Shown: in pieces, positions 9,850 through 19,339 of the stretch
Numbering within the stretch: position 1 is the first letter of the stretch
Layout of the letters: each line of letters opens with the position of its first letter
DNA from: Candidatus Eiseniibacteriota bacterium
GTDB taxonomy: Bacteria > Eisenbacteria > RBG-16-71-46 > JAFGJU01
Direction of reading: 5' to 3'
NCBI GenBank assembly: GCA_026388185.1
Contig: JAPLKG010000008.1
Coordinates: forward strand, 198,184-262,183
Length of the DNA stretch: 64,000 bases
Position numbers and translations under genes: made by a program
Notes under the pieces: model-generated
Seen by the model: the letters and a program-made list of their open reading frames with translations, nothing else
Databases searched by the model: none
What the model was told of the DNA's origin: nothing

Positions 9850-10341
9850 GTGATGTCTTCAAGGTTTGTTCTGATTCTCTTGGTGACTTCGCTTTTTTTG
9901 AGCCTTCTCTCGGGCGGCTGCGCCACTGAACGCCCGCTGCAGAAAAAGGCCACGACTTCGGGGGGAGCGGTAGGGTCTGAGGGCCAACTGGAGGCAATCC
10001 CGGAGCCGGTCGACCCGCAGAAGAAGGCAGCCTCCCAAGCGGAAGCTTCCTCCTCTTACGTCGAGCAGGAAGTGCCGGTCAACGTGGAGGAACGGGACGT
10101 CGCGTCTGGATACAGTGTGCAGATTTTCGCATCTTCGAGCCTGGAGAAGGCAGAAGAGGTTGCGAGGAAGGCGAGGAACTCTTTTCCCGATAGCGTCTAC
10201 GTGGAATACTCGACCCCTCTCTACAGGGTGAGGATCGGCAACTTCGCTTCCAAGGACGACGCCCTGAAATTCAGGGAAGAAGTGGTTCAAGCAGGTTATG
10301 AGGGCGCATGGATTGTAGAGGCCCTCGTCGAGCGGAAGTAG
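9850..10341 (+). CDS. SPOR domain lipoprotein
   Basis: Lipobox LSGGC; C-terminal YSVQIFA..YRVRIGNF..GYEGAWIV SPOR pattern. Confidence 0.85.
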   Translation: MMSSRFVLILLVTSLFLSLLSGGCATERPLQKKATTSGGAVGSEGQLEAIPEPVDPQKKAASQAEASSSYVEQEVPVNVEERDVASGYSVQIFASSSLEKAEEVARKARNSFPDSVYVEYSTPLYRVRIGNFASKDDALKFREEVVQAGYEGAWIVEALVERK

Positions 10342-10348
10342 GGAGTCA

Positions 10349-11626
10349 ATGGCCAGGTTTGGCGTGTGTATTTTTGAGGATTCTGCTCACGCGGGGTTCC
10401 TGCCCCTGGTCCATTCGAGGGCCGTGTTTGAATTAAGGTGTGGAATCTCTGCGTTGTGGGAGAAGATCGCGCGACATTACGCCGGCGACGTGGAGCTTTT
10501 CTGCGTTACGAGGCCTCATCTGGTGCAGATTCTCTCCGAACGGCTGGGTCTCCGAGTTAATCGTGTGGCCGATTTCGCAGGCGAGACGATGCTCTTCATA
10601 AACGGTCGGCTCCTCGCTCCGCCGGCTCTTTCCCAGCTTCTCCCGGTCGAGGGGAGGCCTGCCTGTTTCTTGAACGAAGGCGAGCTCGTCGCCTTCAGGG
10701 TGGATCAATCCACTTTGCGCGACAAGTTCGCCCGTCCCGAAGCATTCCTGTCGCCCGAGTTTTCCGACAACGTGGCAGAGCAACTGCCCGGCAACGTCGT
10801 CAAAACGACTCTGCTCAGGTTCCCGTGGGAAATCGTGTCCAACAATCCGGGTCAGATCGGTGCGGATTTTGACGTGGCGCGTCAGGGCGGCAGGATCGAG
10901 GGGGACGTGGATGAGAGGGCAGTCATATACAACGCTCGAGCCGTTCACGTAGGCCAGGGTGCGAGGATTGATGCCGGTGTGGTGATAGACGCACGGGGAG
11001 GGCCGGTGTACGTCGGGACTGGTTCGAGAGTCCATTCCTTCAGCCGGATAGAAGGGCCTTGCTCGATCGGAGAAAACTGCGTCGTCGTGGGAGGAAGGAT
11101 GGTCGGGGGGTGTTCTTTCGGCCCTTGCTGTAGGGTAGGAGGAGAGGTGGAACAGACTGTTTTCCAGGGATATTCCAACAAATATCACGAGGGTTTCATC
11201 GGCCGTTCATATCTGGGAGAGTGGGTGAATCTTGGAGCCCTCACAACGAACAGCGATCTGAGAAACACCTACACAAACGTCAACGTGATCGTCGGAGGCC
11301 GGCCCGTGCAAACCGGCATGCTCAAGGTGGGCACTTTCATTGGAGATTTCACCAGAACAGGAATCGGCACTCTCCTTGACACCGGCTCCACGGTCGGTTT
11401 CTCGACGAACGTGTTCGGGGGGAAAGGAGTTCTTCCCAAGTCCATACCCTCGTTCGTCTGGGGCGATGGAGAAAGGTTTACCGAATACGTTCTGGAGAAA
11501 GCCACGGCAACTGCCCGGCTCGTTCTGGAAAGGCGAGGAGTTGCCTGGAGTTCCGGCTTCGAGGGACTGATGCGCGAGGTTTTCGAACTCACGAAGGAAG
11601 AGAGGCAAGGGCTGCTTGCCTGCTGA
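10349..11626 (+). CDS. GlmU-like putative sugar nucleotidyl/acyl transferase
   Basis: N-terminal F.PLVHSRAVFELRCG, left-handed beta-helix hexapeptide repeats, NKYHEGFIG.SYLGEWVNLGA. Confidence 0.8.
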   Translation: MARFGVCIFEDSAHAGFLPLVHSRAVFELRCGISALWEKIARHYAGDVELFCVTRPHLVQILSERLGLRVNRVADFAGETMLFINGRLLAPPALSQLLPVEGRPACFLNEGELVAFRVDQSTLRDKFARPEAFLSPEFSDNVAEQLPGNVVKTTLLRFPWEIVSNNPGQIGADFDVARQGGRIEGDVDERAVIYNARAVHVGQGARIDAGVVIDARGGPVYVGTGSRVHSFSRIEGPCSIGENCVVVGGRMVGGCSFGPCCRVGGEVEQTVFQGYSNKYHEGFIGRSYLGEWVNLGALTTNSDLRNTYTNVNVIVGGRPVQTGMLKVGTFIGDFTRTGIGTLLDTGSTVGFSTNVFGGKGVLPKSIPSFVWGDGERFTEYVLEKATATARLVLERRGVAWSSGFEGLMREVFELTKEERQGLLAC

Positions 11627-11713
11627 GCTGAACCCGGGACTGGAGACAACGATGACAAGATCAAGAGCGGCGCTGAAGAGACTGTTTCGGTCGCACAATC
11701 ACTCTGAGGAGGC

Positions 11714-12742
11714 ATGATGCCAGAGCTGCGAAGAGACCCCATCATAGGGCGCTGGGTAATCATCTCAACCGAACGCGGCAGAAGACCCATGGCGCTTTCT
11801 GAAACCGCCAAGGCAAAGAAAACGGACGCGATCTCCTGCCCTTTCTGCGAAGGCAACGAAAACAAGACTCCTCCGGAGATCTTTGCCTTCAGGGCTCCGG
11901 GTACCGCGCCCAATACTCGTGGTTGGACCGTGAGAGTCGTGCCGAACAAGTTCCCGGCTCTTCAGATCGAGGGGAACCTCAATCGAAGGGCCGAGGGCAT
12001 GTACGACAGGATGAACGGGATAGGAGCCCACGAAGTGATAATAGAGACATCCGACCACAATGAAGAGACCAGTGATCTCTCGGCGGAGCACATAAGGCAG
12101 GTTCTTATCGCGTTCAGAGAGCGAGTGCTCGATCTGAAGAAGGACGCAAGGTTCCGGTACATCTTGATTTTCAAGAATCATGGCGAGTCCGCCGGCGCGT
12201 CTCTCGAACACAGCCACAGTCAGCTTATCGCCACTCCGATTGTCCCGAAGAGAGTGACCGAGGAGATCGACGGGGCAAAACACCACTTTGACCTGAAAGA
12301 GCGATGCATATTTTGTGATATGTTGCAGCAAGAGACCACCGAAGGAAAGAGGATGGTCATAGAGAATGACGAGTTTGTCGTCTTTTCCCCTTTTGCCGCG
12401 CGTTTTCCCTTCGAGACTTGGATTCTTCCGCGCACGCACTCCGCGGCGTTCGAGAAGATTCAGGACCTGGAGCTCTTCACTCTTGCCACTACTCTCAAGG
12501 AAGCACTCAAAAGAATGAGCATAGCCTTGAATAATCCGTCCTACAATTATATATTGCACTCTGCACCGATCAGGACTCCGGACTTGGAGTATTATCACTG
12601 GCACATAGAGATTATCCCGAAGTTGACCAGGGTGGCGGGATTCGAGTGGGGGACAGGTTTCTACATCAATCCCACGTCGCCAGAGGATGCCGCTGAGTTT
12701 TTGGGTCAAATTCCAATTGAAAAACTGAAGGAGGGCACATGA
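11714..12742 (+). CDS. galT: GalT-like HIT-family uridylyltransferase (galactose-1-phosphate uridylyltransferase / ADP-glucose phosphorylase-like)
   Basis: MPELRRDP, CPFC, GASLEHSHSQ (HxHxQ), AGFEWGTG. Confidence 0.88.
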   Translation: MMPELRRDPIIGRWVIISTERGRRPMALSETAKAKKTDAISCPFCEGNENKTPPEIFAFRAPGTAPNTRGWTVRVVPNKFPALQIEGNLNRRAEGMYDRMNGIGAHEVIIETSDHNEETSDLSAEHIRQVLIAFRERVLDLKKDARFRYILIFKNHGESAGASLEHSHSQLIATPIVPKRVTEEIDGAKHHFDLKERCIFCDMLQQETTEGKRMVIENDEFVVFSPFAARFPFETWILPRTHSAAFEKIQDLELFTLATTLKEALKRMSIALNNPSYNYILHSAPIRTPDLEYYHWHIEIIPKLTRVAGFEWGTGFYINPTSPEDAAEFLGQIPIEKLKEGT

Positions 12743-14277
12743 AAGCAAAGCTACGCGTGTGTATTGTGAGCGCCGAGATGATTCCTTTTGCCAAAGTGGG
12801 AGGACTCGCTGACGTGGTGGGTTCTCTCTCGAAGACTCTGGCGTCCATGGGGCATGACGTTTCTGTTTTTCTGCCAAGATACGCTTGCGTCGGGAGCAAG
12901 GAATTCGGGCTCAAGAAGGTGAAATTCAACGGCCGCCTTGCCGTGACGCTCGGGACTCAAGAGAAGAAGATAGACGTCTGGGAGTGTGCCGCCAGGGGTT
13001 CACGCGCCAGGATCTATTTTGTGGGTAACGAATCGCTTTTTGGCAGGGAGGGCATATACACTGACCCCAAGACGAGGGAGGACTATCCCGACAACGGGCA
13101 GAGGTTCACATTTTTTTCCAAGGCCGTTCTCGAAGTCATCAAGAGCCTCTCGCTCCATTTTGATGTCATTCACTGTAATGATCACCAGACGGGTCTAATA
13201 CCGCTCTTTCTGCGCGGGGAGTACTCGGGAGAAAAAGTGCTTGCAAATGTCGCGACTCTTTTCACCATTCACAATCTTGGCTACCAGGGAGTCTATCCGC
13301 TCGAGAGCATCGCGCAGACGGGCCTTCCCGAGGAGCTTGCTTATCCCATGGGACCCCTCGAATTCTGGGGGAAGCTCAATTTCATGAAGGCAGCGATCGT
13401 GTACGCCGATCTGATCTCGACGGTCAGCGAGACGTACGCGAAGGAGATCCAGACGAGCGAAGAGTACGGATTCGGCTTGCAAGGGGTGCTCACCGCAAGA
13501 ACCGAAGATCTTTTCGGTGTCCTCAACGGTGTGGATTACACCGCCTGGAATCCCTTAAGGGATAGATATGTTCCTTACAAGTACGGTCCCGGATACACAG
13601 GAAACAAGACAAAGGACAAGATGCATCTCATCGAGCAGCAGAGGCTGACCGGACTTACGCAGAACAGCTTTTTGATCGGAATAGTCTCAAGGCTTGCGGA
13701 TCAAAAGGGGTTTGACCTCCTGGAAGCTGTTTCGGAAGAAATGCTTTCATTGGACGTCGGCTTGGTGATGTTGGGCACGGGCCAGCAGAAGTACCACGAT
13801 TTCTTCTCGCAGCTCAAATCAAGATATCCTGGCAAGGTTTCGTTGACCCTGGAGTTCAATGAGAAGATGGCCCATCTCATCGAAGCAGGCTCGGACGCAT
13901 TTCTCATGCCCTCCAGGTACGAGCCTTGCGGGCTGAACCAGATGTATAGTATGAGGTACGGAACTATTCCGGTGGTGCGGTTCACGGGAGGCTTGGCCGA
14001 CACGGTGAAGGAGTTCGATCCGACGTCTGGAACGGGTACCGGTTTTGTGTTCCAAGAATACAGCGCCGAGGCTCTGATGGAAGTCGTGAGAAGGGCCTAC
14101 GCGACCTTCCTTGACAAGGAACGGTGGGCAGCGGTCGTGAAGAACGCCATGGAGGAGGATTTTTCTTGGAGACGTGCGGCACGGGGCTACGTGGAGCTGT
14201 ACAGAAAGGCGATCACGAAGAAGTGCAGCGCCCCTTTCGCTGATTGGGTTTCTTCCGTGGCCGAAACAACTCTGTGA
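12739..14277 (+). CDS. glgA: Glycogen synthase
   Basis: KVGGLADV (KxGG), HCNDHQ, TIHNLGYQG, SRLADQKG, PSRYEPCGL. Confidence 0.95.
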   Translation: MKAKLRVCIVSAEMIPFAKVGGLADVVGSLSKTLASMGHDVSVFLPRYACVGSKEFGLKKVKFNGRLAVTLGTQEKKIDVWECAARGSRARIYFVGNESLFGREGIYTDPKTREDYPDNGQRFTFFSKAVLEVIKSLSLHFDVIHCNDHQTGLIPLFLRGEYSGEKVLANVATLFTIHNLGYQGVYPLESIAQTGLPEELAYPMGPLEFWGKLNFMKAAIVYADLISTVSETYAKEIQTSEEYGFGLQGVLTARTEDLFGVLNGVDYTAWNPLRDRYVPYKYGPGYTGNKTKDKMHLIEQQRLTGLTQNSFLIGIVSRLADQKGFDLLEAVSEEMLSLDVGLVMLGTGQQKYHDFFSQLKSRYPGKVSLTLEFNEKMAHLIEAGSDAFLMPSRYEPCGLNQMYSMRYGTIPVVRFTGGLADTVKEFDPTSGTGTGFVFQEYSAEALMEVVRRAYATFLDKERWAAVVKNAMEEDFSWRRAARGYVELYRKAITKKCSAPFADWVSSVAETTL

Positions 14278-14328
14278 AGGTCCGGAGAGACCCTGGGCAA
14301 TTGCTTCGGCGAATCAACGCGGGATGCT

Positions 14329-15552
14329 TCACGCATTAGGAACTGACGCTTCCTCTATGAAGGCCCTGTGCAACTCTCTCACTGCCTGCTCGAGCCTTTC
14401 CTCCGGAACCAGGCATGACAAGGTGATGGCAGTGCTGATCGAGGCGTAGGGAATTATTCCGAGGGACGCCAGGGTCACGAACGTCTCCGAGCATGTGTTG
14501 GCCGCCCAGAGGAGATTCGACCCGACTATCGATACAAGCCCGACGCCGGTGACAAGCTCCATTTTTCCACCCATCTTGTCCAGGACGGATCCGCATGCCT
14601 CCACGAGCGCTTTTTTGTCGGACTCGTGAACGACAAAGAGAAGCGCGGCCCCGCCGGATGGAACCAGCGATTCGTTGAAGAGTCTCACTTCCACACCGGT
14701 TCCTTCAAGCCTCTTGAAGAGCGAGGACGTGGTTTCGTTTACCTTCGCGATTCCGCTGAGTCTTGCCAGTATCATCCCTCCCGTATGAGCTATCCCCGTG
14801 ACGCGTTTTGTGTCCGTGATCGACTTCCCGGTCACCATTGTCCCCCTTTCTGACGAGAAACTGGAGCGCACATGAAGCGGCACGTCGTACTTGTAGGCGA
14901 GCTCGACGGCCGTGTGATGCACTACACCGGCGCCAGATGCGGAGAGTTCCAGCATCTCTTCGAAGGAGACGCAGTCGAGCTTTTTCGCTCCAGGCACGAT
15001 CCTCGGGTCCGCGCTGAAGACACCTGCGACGTCTGTGTAAATCTCGCACTCCTTCGCCCCGAAGGCGGAAGCCAGCGCGACGGCCGTAGTGTCTGACCCA
15101 CCCCTTCCCAGTGTCGTGACCTCTCTGGTCGGGCTCACACCCTGGAAACCCGCCACAATCACGATTCGGTCCTTGCTCAGTTCCTCGCTTATCCTGAAAG
15201 CTTTTACGTCGACTATCCTCGCGCGGGTGTGTTTGGAGTCGGTCATGATCCCGCTTTGTGAACCCGTGAAGGAAATGGCCTCACATCCCCTGTCGTTGAT
15301 TGCCATCGAAAGCAAAGCCATAGAGATTCTCTCGCCGGCGGTGAGAAGCATGTCAAGCTCTCTCGAAGAAGGGATTCGCGACACCTTCATTGCCAGGCCG
15401 AGAAGCTCGTTTGTGGTGTCACCCATCGCCGACACCACGACGATGAGATCGTTGCCCAATCGTTTTGTCCCTACTACTCTGTCGGCGATCGACATCACCT
15501 GCTCGACGGTCGCCAGGGAAGAGCCCCCGTATTTCTGCACTACAAGGTTCAT
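14329..15552 (-). CDS. lysC: Aspartate kinase (monofunctional, ACT domains)
   Basis: [36 protein letters not shown]. Confidence 0.95.
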   Translation of the reverse strand: MNLVVQKYGGSSLATVEQVMSIADRVVGTKRLGNDLIVVVSAMGDTTNELLGLAMKVSRIPSSRELDMLLTAGERISMALLSMAINDRGCEAISFTGSQSGIMTDSKHTRARIVDVKAFRISEELSKDRIVIVAGFQGVSPTREVTTLGRGGSDTTAVALASAFGAKECEIYTDVAGVFSADPRIVPGAKKLDCVSFEEMLELSASGAGVVHHTAVELAYKYDVPLHVRSSFSSERGTMVTGKSITDTKRVTGIAHTGGMILARLSGIAKVNETTSSLFKRLEGTGVEVRLFNESLVPSGGAALLFVVHESDKKALVEACGSVLDKMGGKMELVTGVGLVSIVGSNLLWAANTCSETFVTLASLGIIPYASISTAITLSCLVPEERLEQAVRELHRAFIEEASVPNA

Positions 15553-15735
15553 GGGAGTGACTCAGAACCCAGCAGCATCGCTGCCGGGGCTTTGTGTGAG
15601 AGAAAAGTGCGTCCGATTGACCAAGAACGGCAGCACAACGATTCTCGTCCTTGTCTCTCTGACCAGCTTCAACGTGATGTGCTCCAAATGATAGCAGAAC
15701 GCGATTACGGGTCTAGTCAATTGTTCCGGTACTTC

Positions 15736-15764
15736 TTGACAAGGGCTCCATCAGAAGGTATATT
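15736..15764 (+). promoter_or_regulatory. sigma70 promoter for tRNA-Gly/tRNA-Cys
   Basis: TTGACA-17 nt-TATATT. Confidence 0.75.
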
Positions 15765-15793
15765 CTAGCCGTAAACAAGGGAGAATCATGTGA

Positions 15794-15870
15794 GCGGAAG
15801 TAGCTCAGCCCGGTAGAGCTCCACCTTGCCAAGGTGGCCGTCGCGGGTTCAAATCCCGTCTTCCGCTCCA
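15794..15870 (+). tRNA. tRNA-Gly(GCC)
   Basis: Cloverleaf GCGGAAG..., anticodon loop TTGCCAA, GGTTCAAATCC, encoded CCA. Confidence 0.95.
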
Positions 15871-15927
15871 TTGACGACATGCCTCTCAACGGCCGCCAGC
15901 CTCTTGGACCGCTTGCGGCTGGACCGT

Positions 15928-16003
15928 GGCGGCATAGCCAAGTGGCTAAGGCGACGGTCTGCAAAACCGTTATTCTCCGGTTCGAATCCGGATGCCGCCT
16001 CCA
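15928..16003 (+). tRNA. tRNA-Cys(GCA)
   Basis: GGCGGCA...TGCCGCC acceptor stem, loop CTGCAAA, GGTTCGAATCC, encoded CCA. Confidence 0.95.
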
Positions 16004-16076
16004 AAACCTCTTTTTTCCTCCTAGGCTCTCCTACAGTCCCAGCCGTGGAGAGAACACCGAGCACTCAGAGCAGAAG

Positions 16077-16118
16077 AAAAAAACAGCCGGCGCGCCCGCT
16101 CGACGGGAAGCGCCGGCT
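16077..16118 (-). terminator. Intrinsic terminator after HTH-small peptide unit
   Basis: 9-bp stem AGCCGGCGC/GCGCCGGCT followed on the minus strand by GTTTTTTT. Confidence 0.8.
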
Positions 16119-16133
16119 TATGCGCGAAGTTTC

Positions 16134-16190
16134 TCAGCACTTCTTTGCTTTCTTCGCGACTTTCTTTGTCTTTGCTTTCTTCTTGGCCAT
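16134..16190 (-). CDS. 18-aa Lys/Ala-rich peptide MAKKKAKTKKVAKKAKKC (not in ORF track)
   Basis: ATG preceded by AAAGGAGG about 8 nt upstream, TGA stop, intrinsic terminator directly downstream. Confidence 0.7.
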   Translation of the reverse strand: MAKKKAKTKKVAKKAKKC

Positions 16191-16245
16191 GAGTTTTCCC
16201 TCCTTTCACGGTCAGGGGTGTTGCGCGGGCGATTCACCCACCGTC

Positions 16246-16482
16246 CTAGCCTGTGCCCGGCGGGTGAAGGTTGGAGTTGGTTTCGGGGCCGGTACGCCGG
16301 GTAGTTGACTTTTCCTTGACGTATCGCTCCAGCTCGGTCCTCATTATTCTCCAGTTGGTTCCTATCTTGAACGCCGAGATCTCCCCCTTCTTGATGAGAT
16401 TCCTCAGGGTCGGCCTGGAAATCCGCAGGAGCTCGCATGCCTCCTTGGACGTTAGGATGCCCTCTTTCTCAAGTCTTGCCAC
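16246..16482 (-). CDS. Excisionase-like helix-turn-helix (HTH_17/MerR-type) DNA-binding protein
   Basis: LTSKEACELLRISRPTLRNLIKKGEISAFKIGTNWRI; AGGAG SD upstream of GTG. Confidence 0.88.
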   Translation of the reverse strand: MARLEKEGILTSKEACELLRISRPTLRNLIKKGEISAFKIGTNWRIMRTELERYVKEKSTTRRTGPETNSNLHPPGTG

Positions 16483-16512
16483 ACAATACTCCTTTCTTTC
16501 GAAGAGAGCGTC

Positions 16513-16541
16513 ATTGTCCTAAGTATTACAGTATTTGTCAA
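16513..16541 (-). promoter_or_regulatory. Probable sigma70 promoter for the HTH gene within an AT-rich repeat block
   Basis: TTGACA-17 nt-GACAAT on minus strand. Confidence 0.5.
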
Positions 16542-16851
16542 GAACAATGTTATTATTACTGTCCATGCCGAACCTGGCTTGATTTGTTCTGAGGCGCCGT
16601 GTTCTTGCCGACGGCGACCTGTTCGTTCCAGATTCGGAAGGCCACGGTGTTCTTAAGACTGGACCGTCTGCTTTGGGTTGACAGACGCACCGGCCGATGC
16701 TAATTTCCTGGGAGGCCGGGGGCAGTTCGAGTTCCCTCCGTGTCAACGTAATCCGTTGGCTGACCCGCCGTGCCCCGCTGTCCTCGCGGGGTCGCACGAG
16801 AGGGGAGATCAGTCGGGGCCCCAAAGACGAAGAGGTGACAGGTTGGAGCGA

Positions 16852-17604
16852 ATGAAGAATCTTGAGAAGCTTGTTCCGGAAGTTCGAAAGCTTGTTGAGC
16901 CCTACGTCCGCGGTCTCCTGGATGTTGCGGGAGAGGACATCATTTCGGTCTTGGTCTTCGGAAGCGCGACGGGACCTGACTACGTGCCAGGTCGCTCAAA
17001 CATCAACGTGGCGGTTCTGGTTCGAGAGATCGACCCGGCTTTTCTCAAGAAATGCCTCACGCACGCCGCGGGTGGTTTCAAGAAGCGGATAGTAGCCCCG
17101 CTGTTGCTTACGCATAAGTACATAGGCAGCTCACTTGACGTTTTCCCCGTAGAGTTTCTTGACATTCGAGAAACGTGTCTTGTCCTTGTCGGGAGCGATC
17201 CTTTTACAGACGTTGATTTGAGCAATTCGAGCCTTCGCCTCGAATGTGAGCAACAACTCAAAGGCACTCTTCTCAGAATAAGACAAGCCTATCTGGAGCT
17301 CGGCCTTGCTCACAGGGGAATCGAGAGAGTCATGAGCGAATCGCTCAATTCCCTGATACCGGTCTTCAGGGCCATGTTGGTGCTCAAGGGCGAGCAACCT
17401 CCGCGCCGCAAGCAGGAGATCATTGGTTCCGTGTGCCGGGTTTTCGGGATTGCCTCCGACGTCTTCGTGCAGGTTCTCAGATTCAAGCTCGAGATGAAAC
17501 TTGTGCCCCCTGAGACAGAAGAGAAGATTCTCCGCGACTACATCAAGAACGTTGAGGTGCTGGCGCAGCTTGTGGACGCTCTCGCAACCCAGGAGAAACG
17601 TTGA
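16852..17604 (+). CDS. Nucleotidyltransferase-fold protein with helical C-terminus (LemA/TPM-associated)
   Basis: VLVFGSA...SNINVAV (DxD replaced by NxN), FPVEFLDI; start re-set to ATG 16852. Confidence 0.7.
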   Translation: MKNLEKLVPEVRKLVEPYVRGLLDVAGEDIISVLVFGSATGPDYVPGRSNINVAVLVREIDPAFLKKCLTHAAGGFKKRIVAPLLLTHKYIGSSLDVFPVEFLDIRETCLVLVGSDPFTDVDLSNSSLRLECEQQLKGTLLRIRQAYLELGLAHRGIERVMSESLNSLIPVFRAMLVLKGEQPPRRKQEIIGSVCRVFGIASDVFVQVLRFKLEMKLVPPETEEKILRDYIKNVEVLAQLVDALATQEKR

Positions 17605-18560
17605 AGACCGGCAGAACGCTCGAGACTGACGGAGCCTTGAGAATTGATGGGCCACCCCCGTCCCGATTTTCTCACCCTTTCGGTTTCTCGTCTCTTGAGA
17701 CAGGAACCAGGGGACTGCGGCTTGTCACGGTCTTCCTTCTGATCCTTGGTTTCCTGGGTCCGGTATGCTTTCTGCCTGCAGGTTCCCCGTCGAGCTTGAC
17801 GGGTTCGATGGGAGGCTTGGTGTCTGCCCTCGATTCCCGTCCAGGAGTGGCTCTGGCGCAAGAGTATCCCGAACCTGTCGGGTTTGTGAACGATTTCGCC
17901 GGCGTCGTAAACGAGGAGATTCGAGCAAGAATCGAGGCGATCGCCGCGGAAGTGAAGCAGAAGACGGGGGCGGAAATCGTTGTGGTGACCGTCAAGACGA
18001 CGGGCGGAATCGACATTCACGACTACGCGGTGGAGCTATTCACCAAATGGAAGATTGGTAAGAAGGGCCGCGACGACGGGCTTCTCATCGTCGCAGCCAC
18101 AGACGATAGGAAGCTGTGGATCAAGACAGGATATGGGCTCGAGGAGACGATACCTGACGCGGTGGCATCCCAGGTGTACCGCAACGTGCTCGTTCCCTTG
18201 TTCAGGGAGGGAGAGTACGGTAGGGGGCTGCTGTCGGCTGTCCAGGTCCTTGCCGCACGGATCGCCAATCAGGCGGGAGTGACGTTGACGTCGCTGGACG
18301 GGCTTCCGGCTGTGCCGGAAGGGAACTCCTCCGGCAAGGACGCTCGGTCCTTCGTGCCTATGGCCTTCGTCCTGGGAATCATGATTCTATTGATCATCGC
18401 ACGAACGCGTGGAGGCCCCGGCTCGCGTAGGCATGGTGGATTTCCCTTCTGGACAATAGGGGGGTTCTACGGTGGGACGAAGGGGGGCGGTTTCGGAGGC
18501 GGCTTTGGCGGTTTCGGTGGGGGGAGTTGCGGTGGAGGAGGGGCCGGAGGTGGTTGGTGA
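17601..18560 (+). CDS. TPM domain (YgcG-like) membrane protein
   Basis: VNDFAGV, GAEIVVVTV, WKIGKKGRDDGLLI, GYGLEE.IPD, TM helix, Gly-rich tail GGFGGFGGGSCGGGGAGGGW; true start may be downstream. Confidence 0.9.
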   Translation: MKTGRTLETDGALRIDGPPPSRFSHPFGFSSLETGTRGLRLVTVFLLILGFLGPVCFLPAGSPSSLTGSMGGLVSALDSRPGVALAQEYPEPVGFVNDFAGVVNEEIRARIEAIAAEVKQKTGAEIVVVTVKTTGGIDIHDYAVELFTKWKIGKKGRDDGLLIVAATDDRKLWIKTGYGLEETIPDAVASQVYRNVLVPLFREGEYGRGLLSAVQVLAARIANQAGVTLTSLDGLPAVPEGNSSGKDARSFVPMAFVLGIMILLIIARTRGGPGSRRHGGFPFWTIGGFYGGTKGGGFGGGFGGFGGGSCGGGGAGGGW

Positions 18561-18657
18561 GGCCGCCGCTTGGAGCGCGCCGGGAGATTCGGAAGTCACT
18601 CGACTGTAGGGACGAGTAGAAGCAGAGCAAGGTTGGGTCAAGGCTCAAGGAGGTAGC

Positions 18658-19227
18658 ATGAAAGCAGGATGGATCGTCGCCGTTCTCGTCATAGCAGTGC
18701 TCGCGCTTGTCGTTGTGTCCTGGTACATAAGCGGCCTAAACAAGGTTGTGAGACTGGACAAAGAAGTCGAAAAGCAGTGGGCAAACGTCAACGCTCAGCT
18801 TCAGAGGCGAAATGACCTGATACCAAATCTCGTAGAGACCGTCAGGGGATACGCGAAACACGAAGAGGGCGTTTTCGAAGAGGTCGCGAGACTCAGGAGC
18901 CAATGGGCCGGGGCCGCGACAAAAGAAGACAAGATGGAGAGCGCCAGGGCCATGGATGCTGCCCTGTCGAGACTGCTACTCGTCGTGGAGAACTATCCGC
19001 AACTTCGAGCCACGGAGAATTTCCAAACGCTCCAGGCTCAACTCGAGGGGACCGAGAACAGGATAGGGGTGGAGCGCATGAGGTACAACGAAGCGGCCCG
19101 CGCTTTCAATACTTACACGCAGGAAGTATTCGGGAGTTTCTTTGCGAAGCAAAGGGGAAAGACGAAGCCTGCTCCGTACTTCGAACCTACGCCGGGCGCC
19201 GAGCAAGCGCCACAGGTGAAATTCTAG
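18658..19227 (+). CDS. lemA: LemA family protein
   Basis: QLQRRNDLIPNLVETV.GYA.HE, VVENYPQLRA, LEGTENRI; GGAGG SD. Confidence 0.93.
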   Translation: MKAGWIVAVLVIAVLALVVVSWYISGLNKVVRLDKEVEKQWANVNAQLQRRNDLIPNLVETVRGYAKHEEGVFEEVARLRSQWAGAATKEDKMESARAMDAALSRLLLVVENYPQLRATENFQTLQAQLEGTENRIGVERMRYNEAARAFNTYTQEVFGSFFAKQRGKTKPAPYFEPTPGAEQAPQVKF

Positions 19228-19239
19228 TGTGAACCCTGT

Positions 19240-19324
<85 letters not shown>

Positions 19325-19339
19325 AAGAGATCGTTGTGT

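Noticed and set aside
11765-12877. 370-aa antisense ORF; similar long ones at 50616-51701, 54970-55821, 56222-57286 and 31928-32719
   Set aside because: Shadow frames of well-supported genes in GC-rich DNA, with no motifs.
15553-15690. Lysine riboswitch or Thr-rich leader peptide upstream of lysC
   Set aside because: No L-box consensus seen; the short upstream frame lacks a clustered Thr/Lys run and a convincing start.
16085-16139. Cys-UGA plus hairpin as selenocysteine readthrough in the small peptide
   Set aside because: The hairpin has a U-tract and terminator geometry, starts about 15 nt after the UGA, and readthrough gives no meaningful protein.
16246-16482. HTH gene as the island's excisionase
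   Set aside because: It lies outside the att-bounded region, upstream of the lemA operon; stand-alone HTH_17 regulators are common.
18470-18560. G-rich tandem repeat
   Set aside because: Encodes the normal Gly-rich tail of TPM proteins.
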